Source: Candidatus Latescibacterota bacterium (GTDB taxonomy: Bacteria > Latescibacterota > UBA2968 > UBA8231). Taken from it: a DNA stretch of 64,000 bases. The stretch spans positions 6,515,470 to 6,579,469 of the forward strand of contig OZ241867.1 of NCBI GenBank assembly GCA_965203175.1, written 5' to 3'. The translations under genes were made by a program, and so were the position numbers. The notes under the pieces are model-generated. The model made no database searches. It was given only the letters and a program-made list of their open reading frames with translations, and was not told the DNA's origin. Positions 27,449-37,083 of the stretch are shown piece after piece; position 1 is the first letter of the stretch, and each line of letters begins with the position of its first letter.

Positions 27449-29931
27449 CCGGCGCACCCTGCGGAGAAAAGCCGATGCTTAGACTTAGACGCGATCTCAT
27501 CCATATCAATCTCGAAAGCGCGCCATCCCGACAGCAGTGGAGTGCGATCGCAGCTAAAAAACTATCCCTGCTGCTCTTGCTCGTCGTTCACTCCGCTCTA
27601 TACGCCCAAGACATCGTCTTTTCAGGGACGGACTTTGCGGCGTGGAATCATCCGGCCGGGCTCGTCCAAATCGGCTCTACGGGAATCACTGTTAAGCGTT
27701 TTGGCACGACGTTTAACGCAGTCGCCAATGCCAACGAATTTTCATCCGTTACCATTGGCGACTACGGCCGCTTGCCAGTGCGCGCGCCCTCCAATCAGGC
27801 CCAAGCCGGACTAGTGGCCGACCAAGACCACAACACCTATTGGCAGCCCGACTTAGACGATCCGCTCCAGAAGTGGTGGCTAGAGATCGATTTGGATCGC
27901 GCGGTCGTCGCCCGCAAGATCCGCGTAATCTTTCCCCAAACCGAGGACGCCCGTCCCTTTGAGTTCTTTTCGCTCCACATCAGCCCAGGCATCCAAGTCG
28001 CGGGCGCACCGGGTAAGCAAATCGCGTTCGAGCGCGTCGGTCGCCCGGTCAACAACAACACCAAGCAGGTGGTAGAGTTCGATCTCAGAACCATCAACAA
28101 GCCTCCTCTCAGTGGAACGCCCAAGGGGCAGTACTTGGCAAAGAGCGACAGCTTGGATTTTTCTATCCTCCGCTTTGTGCGCTTTGAAGCGGCCGGCCAA
28201 ACCCCCGGCGCAGCTCTCGCCGAAATCGAGGTAGATGGCATTGGCTTCAACCTCTCGACCCGGGTGTTTACCGAAGTACGCGCGGAAAAGGGCGAGAAGT
28301 CATGGGGCGGCAGAACGTGGACCTCAAGAGCACGCGATTGCGACGGCTGCGGCAAGGCCAGCGGCGCGGAATTTCTCGTGGATGCGGACTTGGGCCGACG
28401 GCTGTGGAGCATCCAAGCCTCTTCTGGGGATCGCGATTGGCGCGACGATGGCGTCTGGTCCGTGATCGACTTTGGCAACGTGTTCCGCATCGACCGGATC
28501 ATCTTCGTGCCGCTCATCGGCGGCCGCAGCCCGTGGCTCTACGGCTACCAGCAGGGCGCGGTGGGCGGCTTTCCCATGTTCGATATCCTCACATCCGACG
28601 GCAGTCCGAGCAATACGGCCGACCCGACGGCCGAAGGGCCGTTTGACTACGAGTTGCTGTCCGAAGTGCGCACCAGCTATCCCTTCAACGATTTCCAATT
28701 TCCCACCCGCGACACGCGCCTCATCCTCTGGCGCGTGATCGGCTTCTACGGGCGCGACGCCAACGCCTTGCAGCTTTTTGCCTTTCACCGCGAGGGCTAT
28801 CCCAAGCGCGTCGAGTTAGAGTCCTCCGACCTCGATTTGGGTGCGGCGCGCAGCATCCGGCGCATCGAGTGGGACGCCGACTTGCCGCCGGGCACGCGCT
28901 TAGAAGTGCAGACCCAAACGGGCAACGGCTTTACCGAAGTTACGCGCTACTTTCTCAAAAATGGCGATGAAGTCACCAAGGAAGCCTATGAAGCGGCGCG
29001 CAAGCGCTATCGCGGCGACATCGTGCAAGAAAAGGTGCGCGATGCAACTTGGAGCACTTGGAGCCAGCCACACCGCTTTTCCGGGCAGAGCTTTCAGTCG
29101 CCTTCGCCGCGGCGCTACTTGCGCACGCGCATTCGCCTGTACAGCGACGACCTCAACGCGTCGCCGGTGCTGCGCTCGCTGCAGGTTATGGCCAATGATC
29201 CGGTCATTGTTGCAGGCCTGAGCGGCTCGGTGTGGCCGCGCGAAGCCGCCCTCGATTCGCTGACTGAATTTCGCTATACCATCAAGCCGCAGGCATTCAA
29301 CAGCCGCGACCCCGGATTCGACCAAGTGCTGATCGCACTGCCTCCGGGCAGCGCGGACGCCGAATTGCTCGCAGCCTGGGTGGGAGGCCAGCAGGTAGAG
29401 GCGCACAGCTCGTTGCGCGGCGATTCGCTGTGGGTGCAGTTGCCGCCGCCGGTGGTAAAACGCGACTCCGTCAACATAGCGTTTGCAACGCGGGTTTTCG
29501 CCAGCCCGACAGTCTTTGAAACCTTTGTCTTTAACTCCAATCAAGAAGACAACGGACAGGGCGTCGTGCCGGCGGAGTTGGGAGCCGATCAAGTGTTTGT
29601 GCCCGCGGTGGTGCAGGGCGCATCCCTAATCCGCAACTTGCGCCACTCCAAACTGTTCACGCCCAATGGCGACGCAGTCAACGACCTATACGAACTGAGT
29701 TTTACCGTCGTCAAAACCGACAAGCAGCCGCACGTGCGCGTCTTTTCTCTCGATGGCCGCCTAATCGCCGAATTGAATAACGCCACTCCGCGCGGTGCCC
29801 GGGCGACGTACGCTTGGGACGGCCAGCGCAACGGCCAGATCGTGCCGGCGGGTATCTACATAGTGCATGTCGAGTTGCAAACCGATCCTAAAGACGAGAT
29901 CGTCCAGCACTACGTTCACGTCGTATATTAG
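27445..29931 (+). CDS. Secreted double-discoidin-like protein with FlgD-Ig/CHU_C-like CTD
   Basis: Two discoidin-like units (WLEIDLDRAVVARKIRV; IDFGNVFRIDRIIF). FTPNGDAVND..WDGQRNGQIVPAGIY..VHVVY. Start 27445 or 27475. Confidence 0.85.
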   Translation: MTGAPCGEKPMLRLRRDLIHINLESAPSRQQWSAIAAKKLSLLLLLVVHSALYAQDIVFSGTDFAAWNHPAGLVQIGSTGITVKRFGTTFNAVANANEFSSVTIGDYGRLPVRAPSNQAQAGLVADQDHNTYWQPDLDDPLQKWWLEIDLDRAVVARKIRVIFPQTEDARPFEFFSLHISPGIQVAGAPGKQIAFERVGRPVNNNTKQVVEFDLRTINKPPLSGTPKGQYLAKSDSLDFSILRFVRFEAAGQTPGAALAEIEVDGIGFNLSTRVFTEVRAEKGEKSWGGRTWTSRARDCDGCGKASGAEFLVDADLGRRLWSIQASSGDRDWRDDGVWSVIDFGNVFRIDRIIFVPLIGGRSPWLYGYQQGAVGGFPMFDILTSDGSPSNTADPTAEGPFDYELLSEVRTSYPFNDFQFPTRDTRLILWRVIGFYGRDANALQLFAFHREGYPKRVELESSDLDLGAARSIRRIEWDADLPPGTRLEVQTQTGNGFTEVTRYFLKNGDEVTKEAYEAARKRYRGDIVQEKVRDATWSTWSQPHRFSGQSFQSPSPRRYLRTRIRLYSDDLNASPVLRSLQVMANDPVIVAGLSGSVWPREAALDSLTEFRYTIKPQAFNSRDPGFDQVLIALPPGSADAELLAAWVGGQQVEAHSSLRGDSLWVQLPPPVVKRDSVNIAFATRVFASPTVFETFVFNSNQEDNGQGVVPAELGADQVFVPAVVQGASLIRNLRHSKLFTPNGDAVNDLYELSFTVVKTDKQPHVRVFSLDGRLIAELNNATPRGARATYAWDGQRNGQIVPAGIYIVHVELQTDPKDEIVQHYVHVVY

Positions 29932-29978
29932 ATCGTGTTAAACGCGACACATCGGAAACAACAAACGAATAGAAGAAC

Positions 29979-30197
29979 ATGAAGATCAACTACTTTGAAG
30001 ATACGGACACCGCATTTATCGAGTTCACTTCGCAACCTGTCGCCGAGACTCGCGAGTTGTGCGAAAACATCTACATAGACCTCGACAAGCAAGGGAACCT
30101 CGTCTCCATGAAAATTGAGCACGCCAAAACGAGTGCCAACATCTTAGATTTCACCTTTGAGCGTCAAGAAAAGCAACCGAGTGATGACAGTGTTTAG
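29979..30197 (+). CDS. DUF2283-like small protein (putative antitoxin-like)
   Basis: MKINYFEDTDTAFIEF..IYIDLDKQGNLVSMKIEHA pattern; AT-richer than its neighbours. Confidence 0.8.
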   Translation: MKINYFEDTDTAFIEFTSQPVAETRELCENIYIDLDKQGNLVSMKIEHAKTSANILDFTFERQEKQPSDDSV

Positions 30198-30224
30198 TGG
30201 TCAGTGGCCACTAAACACTAAACA
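30189..30224. repeat. Hairpin with heptamer repeats
   Basis: AGTGTTTAGTGG (30189-30200) and CCACTAAACACT (30208-30219) form a perfect 12-bp inverted repeat. Tandem CACTAAA x2. Confidence 0.65.
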
Positions 30225-30234
30225 GGAGGAGGAC

Positions 30235-32868
30235 GTGACACGTCTGACGATACTATTGCTGTATTGTGGTTTGCTCCTCGGGACGCCGCAGCCGTCTGCA
30301 GCCCAGCGCGCCACCGGATTTGACAATCCCTATTACACTTCAGCCACTGAAGTCGCGCCCTCAACCCTCGTCCCTTCAGTGCGCAAGTGGTACCAGCCGC
30401 AGCGCCTGTACGAACTCTACGACTGGCGACAAGACCAATACTCCAACTACGCGCGCAACCCCTACCAACGCTACAACGACGTCTTCTTGGAGGGATCGCC
30501 CTTTTACGACATCTACGGCTCTTATATCAGCCAAGGTTGGCGGGTGTACAACTGGACCGAGGACTATCCCACGGCCAGCGGCAGCAGCATCTTCAAAAGC
30601 CCGCGCTTCAGCTCGTGGTTTAGCAACGTCCTCATCTCCTCCAGCCACTCCGGACAGTTCCACTCCTCGCTGATGGTAGGCGACGGCATCCGCACGACCC
30701 TGACGCCGCTCACCTTTTCCAAGCCGCGTTTCGACGGCGTGCAGTGGGACATGATGTCGGACAAATACGTCCTAACTCTACTCACCTCGCGCATCAACAA
30801 CACCGGCGTCGTCGCCGGTGTCGCCGGCGAGGCTGGCGTGAAGTTCAGCACCTTCACCAATATGTGGGCCGCCAAAGGCCAAGTCAGCATCGGCGACTTT
30901 TCCAATGTCGGCCTAACGTTTGTCAACGCTGCCCACATGAACTCCAACATTCCCTTTGGTGACAATTCGCTCAAAGGCCAGCTCAGCGGGCCGATGAACA
31001 ACGACTTCGTGCGCTCGATCATCGTGCGCATTTCCGACGACTCGCCCGAAGACGGCGAAGGCGGTGCCCTGCTGTCGCGCTGGCGCATCTTTGCCAATGG
31101 CGTCGAGCACACCGACGATATCGCGCCCGTGGTAGAAGGTGGCTTCCGCCGCCGCGGCGTGATTGAAGCGAGTGGCACCGACGTAATAACCCTCACGTTC
31201 AACATCGAGGACTTCGCGCCCACCGTTGACGACGAAATCGACGACTTCCGCGAAATTGAGCACGTGGAGATCGGCCTAGTACTGGCCAACGACTACAAAG
31301 TGGAGGTCGCTTCCAACAAACAGACCAACCAACTCGGCGCACCTGTGTTCCTGACCGTGTTGCGCGCACCGGGCAACGTCAAGGACGGCGCCAACCAAGC
31401 CTTTCACACCTTTCGCTACGGCCTGCCCACTGGCAACCGGCTGCTCGGCTTTGACCTGTCGATCAACGATGTCGCCGGTTTTGACCTGCGGGGAGAATAC
31501 GTGCGGAATTTCCAGTACCGCCGCTTCCCCAACGAAAACTTCATCCGCGAACAAGCTCTCGCTACCAACACCGCCGAAGCCTTTTACTTGACAGCCCAGA
31601 AGCGGCATTACCCGTGGACGGTTTTCGCCGAGGCCTTTAGCATGGACGCGGAATACTCGACCCAAGCCTTTATCCCTAACTCCGAGGGCGAAGTGTACTA
31701 CGGCAACGAGCAACAAAGTGTGTACGAATTCGTCGATGACAACGACGATCAAGACGAATTACCCGACTGGACCCGGCGCTATCACGGCCCGCGCGTCAAC
31801 ACTCGCCAAGGGATCGGCCTGCTGACCGACAGCGCGGTCTTCCCCGGGATCGACGAAAACAACGACGATCTCTCGGATTTTAACCGCAACTTCAACCGCA
31901 TACCCGACTACGCCGAGCCTTTCCTGCGCTTCGAGGTCGATCCCCCCGACTTTCTCTTTGGCATGGACATGAACAACAACGGGGTCATTGACCGCTTTGA
32001 AGACGACTCCGAAGCGGACTATCCCTACAAGCGTGGGCACCGGGGATACAACACATATGTAGGCGTTGAAATCGCGCCGGACATAAACCTCATGGCCGGC
32101 CGACTCGACGAGCGCCTGCTGAAAACCGCCCGCGAAAACGCGACCACGTACCTGCTCTTGACTGCGAGCGAAAAATTCCCGCGCTACAACCTGCAATTGC
32201 GACTGATCGTCAATCCGCGCAAGGTCGCAGACGACATTCCCGAGGACGTCTTTTTGTGGGTCGATACGCCCGGCACATTCGGAGAATCGCGCTTTATCCG
32301 CGACCAACTCGTGGCGCGCGATGCGTTCGTCAACACCACGTATTTAGACGTGCGCTACGACCGCTATATCTCGTTTACCACCAAGGTCAAGCACGAACAA
32401 TACACGCAATTAGGGTCGGCTGCTGAAGAGTTGAACAACCAGCGCTTCCTCGGCGTGATCAACAAGGCCCAGTACCCGCTCCACCTGCGCTCTTGGGATT
32501 TGACCCTGAACTGGAAACAGCTATACAGCAATCGGGTACCTGCGGACAAGGGCGCGTTGCAAACGTCCGATCTAACGGAAATTTTCTCGCTGCTGGCCGG
32601 CCGCGAGATCAACCGCAACATGAGCTTTACCGCGGGCGTCGAATACGAGATCGCCAACAATCTGGGCGAGCAACCCGAGGGGTTTCTAGAAGACGGCACT
32701 ACGCTAGTGCTGGCCGGCCAGATCGCCAACCAATCGGCCTATCAGGGGTATGCGCTGACGACCAACGTCGGGCTGCGCTGGACTCGCGAAGACCTCGACT
32801 CAGCTCCTGCATCGGCCAAGCTATTCACCTTTATCAGCGTCTTCGCCGGGCTCGGCAAGGACCTGTAA
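30235..32868 (+). CDS. Uncharacterised secreted putative outer-membrane beta-barrel protein with Asp-rich loops, paralog 3
   Basis: GTG 30235 after AGGAGGAGG; signal SAA-Q. Shares MVGD..TPLT, SDDSPED, RAPGNVKDG, YRRFP, VDDNDDQD, IPDYAEPFL and DMNNNGVIDRFE with 1407..4094. Confidence 0.85.
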   Translation: MTRLTILLLYCGLLLGTPQPSAAQRATGFDNPYYTSATEVAPSTLVPSVRKWYQPQRLYELYDWRQDQYSNYARNPYQRYNDVFLEGSPFYDIYGSYISQGWRVYNWTEDYPTASGSSIFKSPRFSSWFSNVLISSSHSGQFHSSLMVGDGIRTTLTPLTFSKPRFDGVQWDMMSDKYVLTLLTSRINNTGVVAGVAGEAGVKFSTFTNMWAAKGQVSIGDFSNVGLTFVNAAHMNSNIPFGDNSLKGQLSGPMNNDFVRSIIVRISDDSPEDGEGGALLSRWRIFANGVEHTDDIAPVVEGGFRRRGVIEASGTDVITLTFNIEDFAPTVDDEIDDFREIEHVEIGLVLANDYKVEVASNKQTNQLGAPVFLTVLRAPGNVKDGANQAFHTFRYGLPTGNRLLGFDLSINDVAGFDLRGEYVRNFQYRRFPNENFIREQALATNTAEAFYLTAQKRHYPWTVFAEAFSMDAEYSTQAFIPNSEGEVYYGNEQQSVYEFVDDNDDQDELPDWTRRYHGPRVNTRQGIGLLTDSAVFPGIDENNDDLSDFNRNFNRIPDYAEPFLRFEVDPPDFLFGMDMNNNGVIDRFEDDSEADYPYKRGHRGYNTYVGVEIAPDINLMAGRLDERLLKTARENATTYLLLTASEKFPRYNLQLRLIVNPRKVADDIPEDVFLWVDTPGTFGESRFIRDQLVARDAFVNTTYLDVRYDRYISFTTKVKHEQYTQLGSAAEELNNQRFLGVINKAQYPLHLRSWDLTLNWKQLYSNRVPADKGALQTSDLTEIFSLLAGREINRNMSFTAGVEYEIANNLGEQPEGFLEDGTTLVLAGQIANQSAYQGYALTTNVGLRWTREDLDSAPASAKLFTFISVFAGLGKDL

Positions 32869-34191
32869 GCTAACTTCGGCGAGCGCTTCCGTATTTATTT
32901 CGATATCTTCGCTGTATTGTTCTCGGAGCCGCGCGATAAAGGAGTCCATGGCCTTAGTTGCCGCCTGCTGCCTCAGCAGGGTTTTGATGCTGTTATAGAC
33001 CAAAGATAGATCCGCAACTTTGCCATCACTGCGGGTAAACATCTCGACGTTGGCATCGTAGTACGCGCGAATGTCCTCTTCGGTGATGGGCTGTTGGCGC
33101 GCCACTTCCCTGCCCTCGGTGCGATAGAGCCACTCGACGATGAGCGCATCGCGCTTTTGCTCCACCGGCTCGCGCACCTCGGGGTCGCGGTCGTATTGCA
33201 GCTTGCGGCCCTCCGCCATCATAATCTGCACCCCCGCCAAGTTCTCGGCCGCCTTGTAGCGGGCAGAACTATCGAGCCGGGTGTGACTCGCTGCTAGGTT
33301 GGCCCAGTACGCGACCGTGGTCAGTTGGCCGCTGCGCCAGCTAAAGAGTACTTGCTCTTCGCCATCGGGCGTGGTCAAGGCTTTTAAACCCTCGTCGTGG
33401 GCCTCTAGCCCGTATTCGCGGCGCAGGCGATGGACGTATTGTTCCATGTCGTCGGCCCGCTTTTGCACGCGCGCTTTTTCTTGCAGCCACTCGCGCTGGG
33501 CCGCAAAATCCACATGCCGCCTTTTGTCGAGCCGGAAGACGTGATAGCCTATTTGGGTCTTCACCGGATGCGGATAAAGTTGACCCTCGTCCATGGTCCG
33601 CAGTGGTTCCATCAACTCGGGCAGCATGTGGCCCATCTTGAACCACCCCAACTGGCCAGCCGGGCCAAAGCGCCGCTGGATGGTCTCCGTTGAATAGATG
33701 GGCACCAGCGACTCAAACGGAGAGCCCTCTTGCAGCGCCGTTAGTACTTCCAGCGCCTCTTCTTCGGTGGCGCAGACGATCTGCTGGCTCAAGACCTCGA
33801 CATCGTATTCGCGCTCTTTGGCAAAAGCCCGCAGTTCCTCTTCGGTTGACGTGTAATCGCCGTGCAGGGCCTCTTCCTCGTACAGTTTGTTCATCACAGC
33901 CCTTTGCTCGGTGCGCTCAACTTCGCGGGCAATGCTCGGCTCGCGGTCGAGGCCGCGACGCAGCCCTTCGCGCACCAACAGTTCGCGGGCGATCACGCCG
34001 TTGAGTAGCGCCAGCTTGGCGTCCGCATTCACTTCCTCAATGTGCTTGTAGCCCGTTTGCATCAGCTCTTGCGCTCGCTCCTTAAAATCTTCCTTTGATA
34101 GGGAGGTTTCGCCAATGCGGGCGACGTAAGTAGGCTCAGGTTCGGTCCCACAGGCCACGAGCGCGAGCAGAACGATTGTTCTCAACTTCAT
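32821..34191 (-). CDS. PpiC/parvulin-type peptidyl-prolyl isomerase lipoprotein (SurA/PrsA-like, duplicated chaperone domain)
   Basis: Lipobox LVAC at ATG 34191. QIVCATEEEA..GQLGWF..PVKTQIGYHVF. ITEEDIRAYYDAN. Confidence 0.85.
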   Translation of the reverse strand: MKLRTIVLLALVACGTEPEPTYVARIGETSLSKEDFKERAQELMQTGYKHIEEVNADAKLALLNGVIARELLVREGLRRGLDREPSIAREVERTEQRAVMNKLYEEEALHGDYTSTEEELRAFAKEREYDVEVLSQQIVCATEEEALEVLTALQEGSPFESLVPIYSTETIQRRFGPAGQLGWFKMGHMLPELMEPLRTMDEGQLYPHPVKTQIGYHVFRLDKRRHVDFAAQREWLQEKARVQKRADDMEQYVHRLRREYGLEAHDEGLKALTTPDGEEQVLFSWRSGQLTTVAYWANLAASHTRLDSSARYKAAENLAGVQIMMAEGRKLQYDRDPEVREPVEQKRDALIVEWLYRTEGREVARQQPITEEDIRAYYDANVEMFTRSDGKVADLSLVYNSIKTLLRQQAATKAMDSFIARLREQYSEDIEINTEALAEVSLQVLAEPGEDADKGE

Positions 34192-34207
34192 ACGACGAAT
34201 TTCTCCG

Positions 34208-35839
34208 TTATTCTTCAATAGTTTCCTCAACGACAATGTGTTGATTGGCCGCCACATTTAAGAGGGTCTGTACCGCGCCGCTGGGCCAAAACACTTGTAG
34301 TGAATCTACTTGGGCATGGCGGCCCAAACCCAGCGTTAGGCGCACGTCGCTGCTGCCCATGTATCCGTAGCTGCGGCGAATTTCGCGCTTTTGCACGAGA
34401 TCGCCCGCCACGGCCCGGATTTTGGTGCCGAGCCCGTCGCGATTGCTTTGGGTACCTACGGCTTTGACTGTCAGATAGTTATGACCGCTGTGGTCGTTGC
34501 GCAACAAGGTGCAGTGGGGCGCGTCCGAATCCGACACGAAGATATCGACATCGCCGTCGTTGTCGTAATCGCCCAAAGCGGCACCATGGCTGACGCGCTC
34601 GACGAGCATCCCTGGGCCGCTAGCATTGCTCACGTCGGCAAAGGTGTCATCGCCCTGATTGCGGAATAGCTGATTTTGCTGCGGATAGGTCGTGTCCGGG
34701 TCGAACTCGCGCACGTTTTCATCGAGATGACCGTTGGTGACAAAGACGTCGAGGAAACCATCGTTGTCGCTGTCGAAAAAGACCGCGGCCATCCCCAAGT
34801 AAGGCACGCTCGGCGCGCCGAGATGAGCGGCAAACGTCAGGTCGCTGAAAAAACCCCCGCCATCGTTGTGGTATAGCGTATTGGGCAGCCACTGGAAGGT
34901 GGCTAGGATGATGTCGAGCCGGCCGTCGTTGTCGTAGTCGCCGAAGTCTGCGCCCATAGCCGACTCAGCGTATCCCTCCTCATTGTACGCCACCCCGGCG
35001 ATGATGCCATGCTCTACGAAGGTGCCGTCGCTATTATTGAGAAAGAGGAAATTGGGCTGCCGGTCGTTGGCAATGAATAGGTCCGGGTCGCCATCGTCGT
35101 CGTAATCGCCAAACACCGCGGCCAGTTGTCGCCCCTCATTACTGAACAAGCCCGCCGCGCGCGTCGCATTGACAAACGCGAGGTCGCCGTCGTTGCGATA
35201 GAGCACTCCAGACTGGCCGGGGTACGCGAGGGGGCCGCAGATGGAACGCACTGCACCCGTAAAGCACTCCTTGTTCGCGTCCAAGTCGAATTCCATGTAA
35301 TTGGCCACGTAGAGATCCAAGTCACCATCGCGGTCGTAGTCGGCAAAGGCCGCATGCGATCCCCAACCCGAGTCGCCGAGGCCGGTCCGGGCCGTCATAT
35401 CGGCAAAGGTACCGCCATGACCCTCGTTGTGATAGAAGACGTTGGAGCCGTAGTTCGTCACGTACAGGTCGGGATTGCCATCGTTATCCACGTCGCCGAC
35501 CGCAGCTCCCATACCGTACCCCGCATCGCCGGTGCGCGTCGCCTCCGTAACATCCGCGAAGGTGCCGTCGCCCTCGTTGCGGTAGTGGGCATTGCTACCA
35601 GGTGGACCGTCATAGCCCGGCAGGGCTGTGCCATTGACGATGTACAGGTCGAGGAAGCCATCGGCATCGGCGTCAAAGAACGCCGCGCCCGAGCCGATGG
35701 CCTCGGGCATGTACTTCCGGCCGCTCGCGCCGTTTACATAGCGGAAGTCAATTCCGGCGGCGCGGCTCACCTCGACGAAGTGGGGGGCGGACTGGGCGCT
35801 GACACCAACTGCCACCAATGCGATGAGTAGCAAGACCAC
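34208..35839 (-). CDS. CRTAC1-family FG-GAP repeat protein with ASPIC/UnbV domain
   Basis: Repeated GDYDNDGxxD; NRDGLGTKI..GYMGSSD..GLG..VFWPSG. Confidence 0.92.
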   Translation of the reverse strand: MVLLLIALVAVGVSAQSAPHFVEVSRAAGIDFRYVNGASGRKYMPEAIGSGAAFFDADADGFLDLYIVNGTALPGYDGPPGSNAHYRNEGDGTFADVTEATRTGDAGYGMGAAVGDVDNDGNPDLYVTNYGSNVFYHNEGHGGTFADMTARTGLGDSGWGSHAAFADYDRDGDLDLYVANYMEFDLDANKECFTGAVRSICGPLAYPGQSGVLYRNDGDLAFVNATRAAGLFSNEGRQLAAVFGDYDDDGDPDLFIANDRQPNFLFLNNSDGTFVEHGIIAGVAYNEEGYAESAMGADFGDYDNDGRLDIILATFQWLPNTLYHNDGGGFFSDLTFAAHLGAPSVPYLGMAAVFFDSDNDGFLDVFVTNGHLDENVREFDPDTTYPQQNQLFRNQGDDTFADVSNASGPGMLVERVSHGAALGDYDNDGDVDIFVSDSDAPHCTLLRNDHSGHNYLTVKAVGTQSNRDGLGTKIRAVAGDLVQKREIRRSYGYMGSSDVRLTLGLGRHAQVDSLQVFWPSGAVQTLLNVAANQHIVVEETIEE

Positions 35840-35841
35840 GG

Positions 35842-37044
35842 TTAGTCCTGCGTTTGGCTTACCGCATCGAACTTGCGGGCCAAGGCCACGGCGCGCTGTA
35901 AGCGGGCATTGTCCGGCTCAAAGTGCAAACCCCGCTCATAGCTTGCCAGCGCTTTGGCAAATGCTTCTTGCATCATCAGGGCATTGCCGAGCGAGAGATG
36001 CGCGAGCACATACGTGGAGTCGGCGCGCAGGGCTTGACGGAACAGGGACATGGCCTCGGCCACCTGACGGCGGCGCAAGTACAGGTTGCCCAAGTTGTGG
36101 TACGAGGGCGCGAAATTGGGATTGCGATCCAGGGCCTGTAAATAGTACAGACGCGCTTCTTCGTACTGTCCGCGCTGGCCGTATAGCGCGCCTATCTTGT
36201 GGTACAGCTCGGCCTTGTCGGGCGTCCGGGCCAAGGTAGTACGCAGACCGATGAGGAGTTTTTCCTGCTTTTCCAGTTCGTTGTACAGGGCCAACTGGCG
36301 GCGGCCCTCTTCCTGCTGGCCACTGCGCAACAGGGCATTGCCGAGGCTGAAGCGGGCCCGCGCAAAGAGCGAATCGAGCGCCACAGCGCGCTGCAATTCA
36401 ACGATGGCCGCGGCGTAGTCGCGGCGCTTGTACAAGGCCGTGCCGAGGCCGTGGTGGTACTTGGCCACAGTCGAATCAGCGGCTAGGGCGCGGGCGTACG
36501 CCGCTTCAGCCGCAGCGTAGTCGTTGAGCTTGAGATGGGCCTCGCCGAGGTTGTACCACGCCTCGCTGTAGTCGTCTTGCAGGGCAACGGCGCGGCCATA
36601 CGCAGCAACGGCCTGCTCGTACTGGGCTTGGCGAAAGTACAGCAGCCCGAGCGCCATCTGCGCCCAAGCGTAATCCGGGGTCGAGCGCGTGACCTCCTCT
36701 AACAGGGCGAGAGCCTCGGCGTGGCGATTGAGGCGGGTTAGCACAATGGCTAGTTCAGTCCGAGCCTTGGCGTAATCAGGTTGCAGCGCGATGGCCTGTT
36801 GGTAGGCTTCTAGGGCCTCGGTCATCTTACTGTCGCGTGCATAGGCGTCGGCTAGGTTGCGATGGGCTACCGCAGAGTTCGGATCGCGTTCTACAGCGCG
36901 TTTCGCGGCTTCTATGGCGGCCGCATAGGGGCCCTGGTGCAGGCGGCTTGCGAATGCCGCATCGGTTGGGCGCGGTTGGCGGTCGTTGGGAGGTTCCTGA
37001 CAGGCGACTAGGGCTAGAAGCGATAGGTAGCAGAGTAGGGACAT
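35842..37044 (-). CDS. TPR-repeat lipoprotein
   Basis: Lipobox LVAC and multiple TPR motifs. Confidence 0.9.
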   Translation of the reverse strand: MSLLCYLSLLALVACQEPPNDRQPRPTDAAFASRLHQGPYAAAIEAAKRAVERDPNSAVAHRNLADAYARDSKMTEALEAYQQAIALQPDYAKARTELAIVLTRLNRHAEALALLEEVTRSTPDYAWAQMALGLLYFRQAQYEQAVAAYGRAVALQDDYSEAWYNLGEAHLKLNDYAAAEAAYARALAADSTVAKYHHGLGTALYKRRDYAAAIVELQRAVALDSLFARARFSLGNALLRSGQQEEGRRQLALYNELEKQEKLLIGLRTTLARTPDKAELYHKIGALYGQRGQYEEARLYYLQALDRNPNFAPSYHNLGNLYLRRRQVAEAMSLFRQALRADSTYVLAHLSLGNALMMQEAFAKALASYERGLHFEPDNARLQRAVALARKFDAVSQTQD

Positions 37045-37083
37045 CTTGAGGGTGTAGGATTATTTAATTTCAGCTTTTAACTG

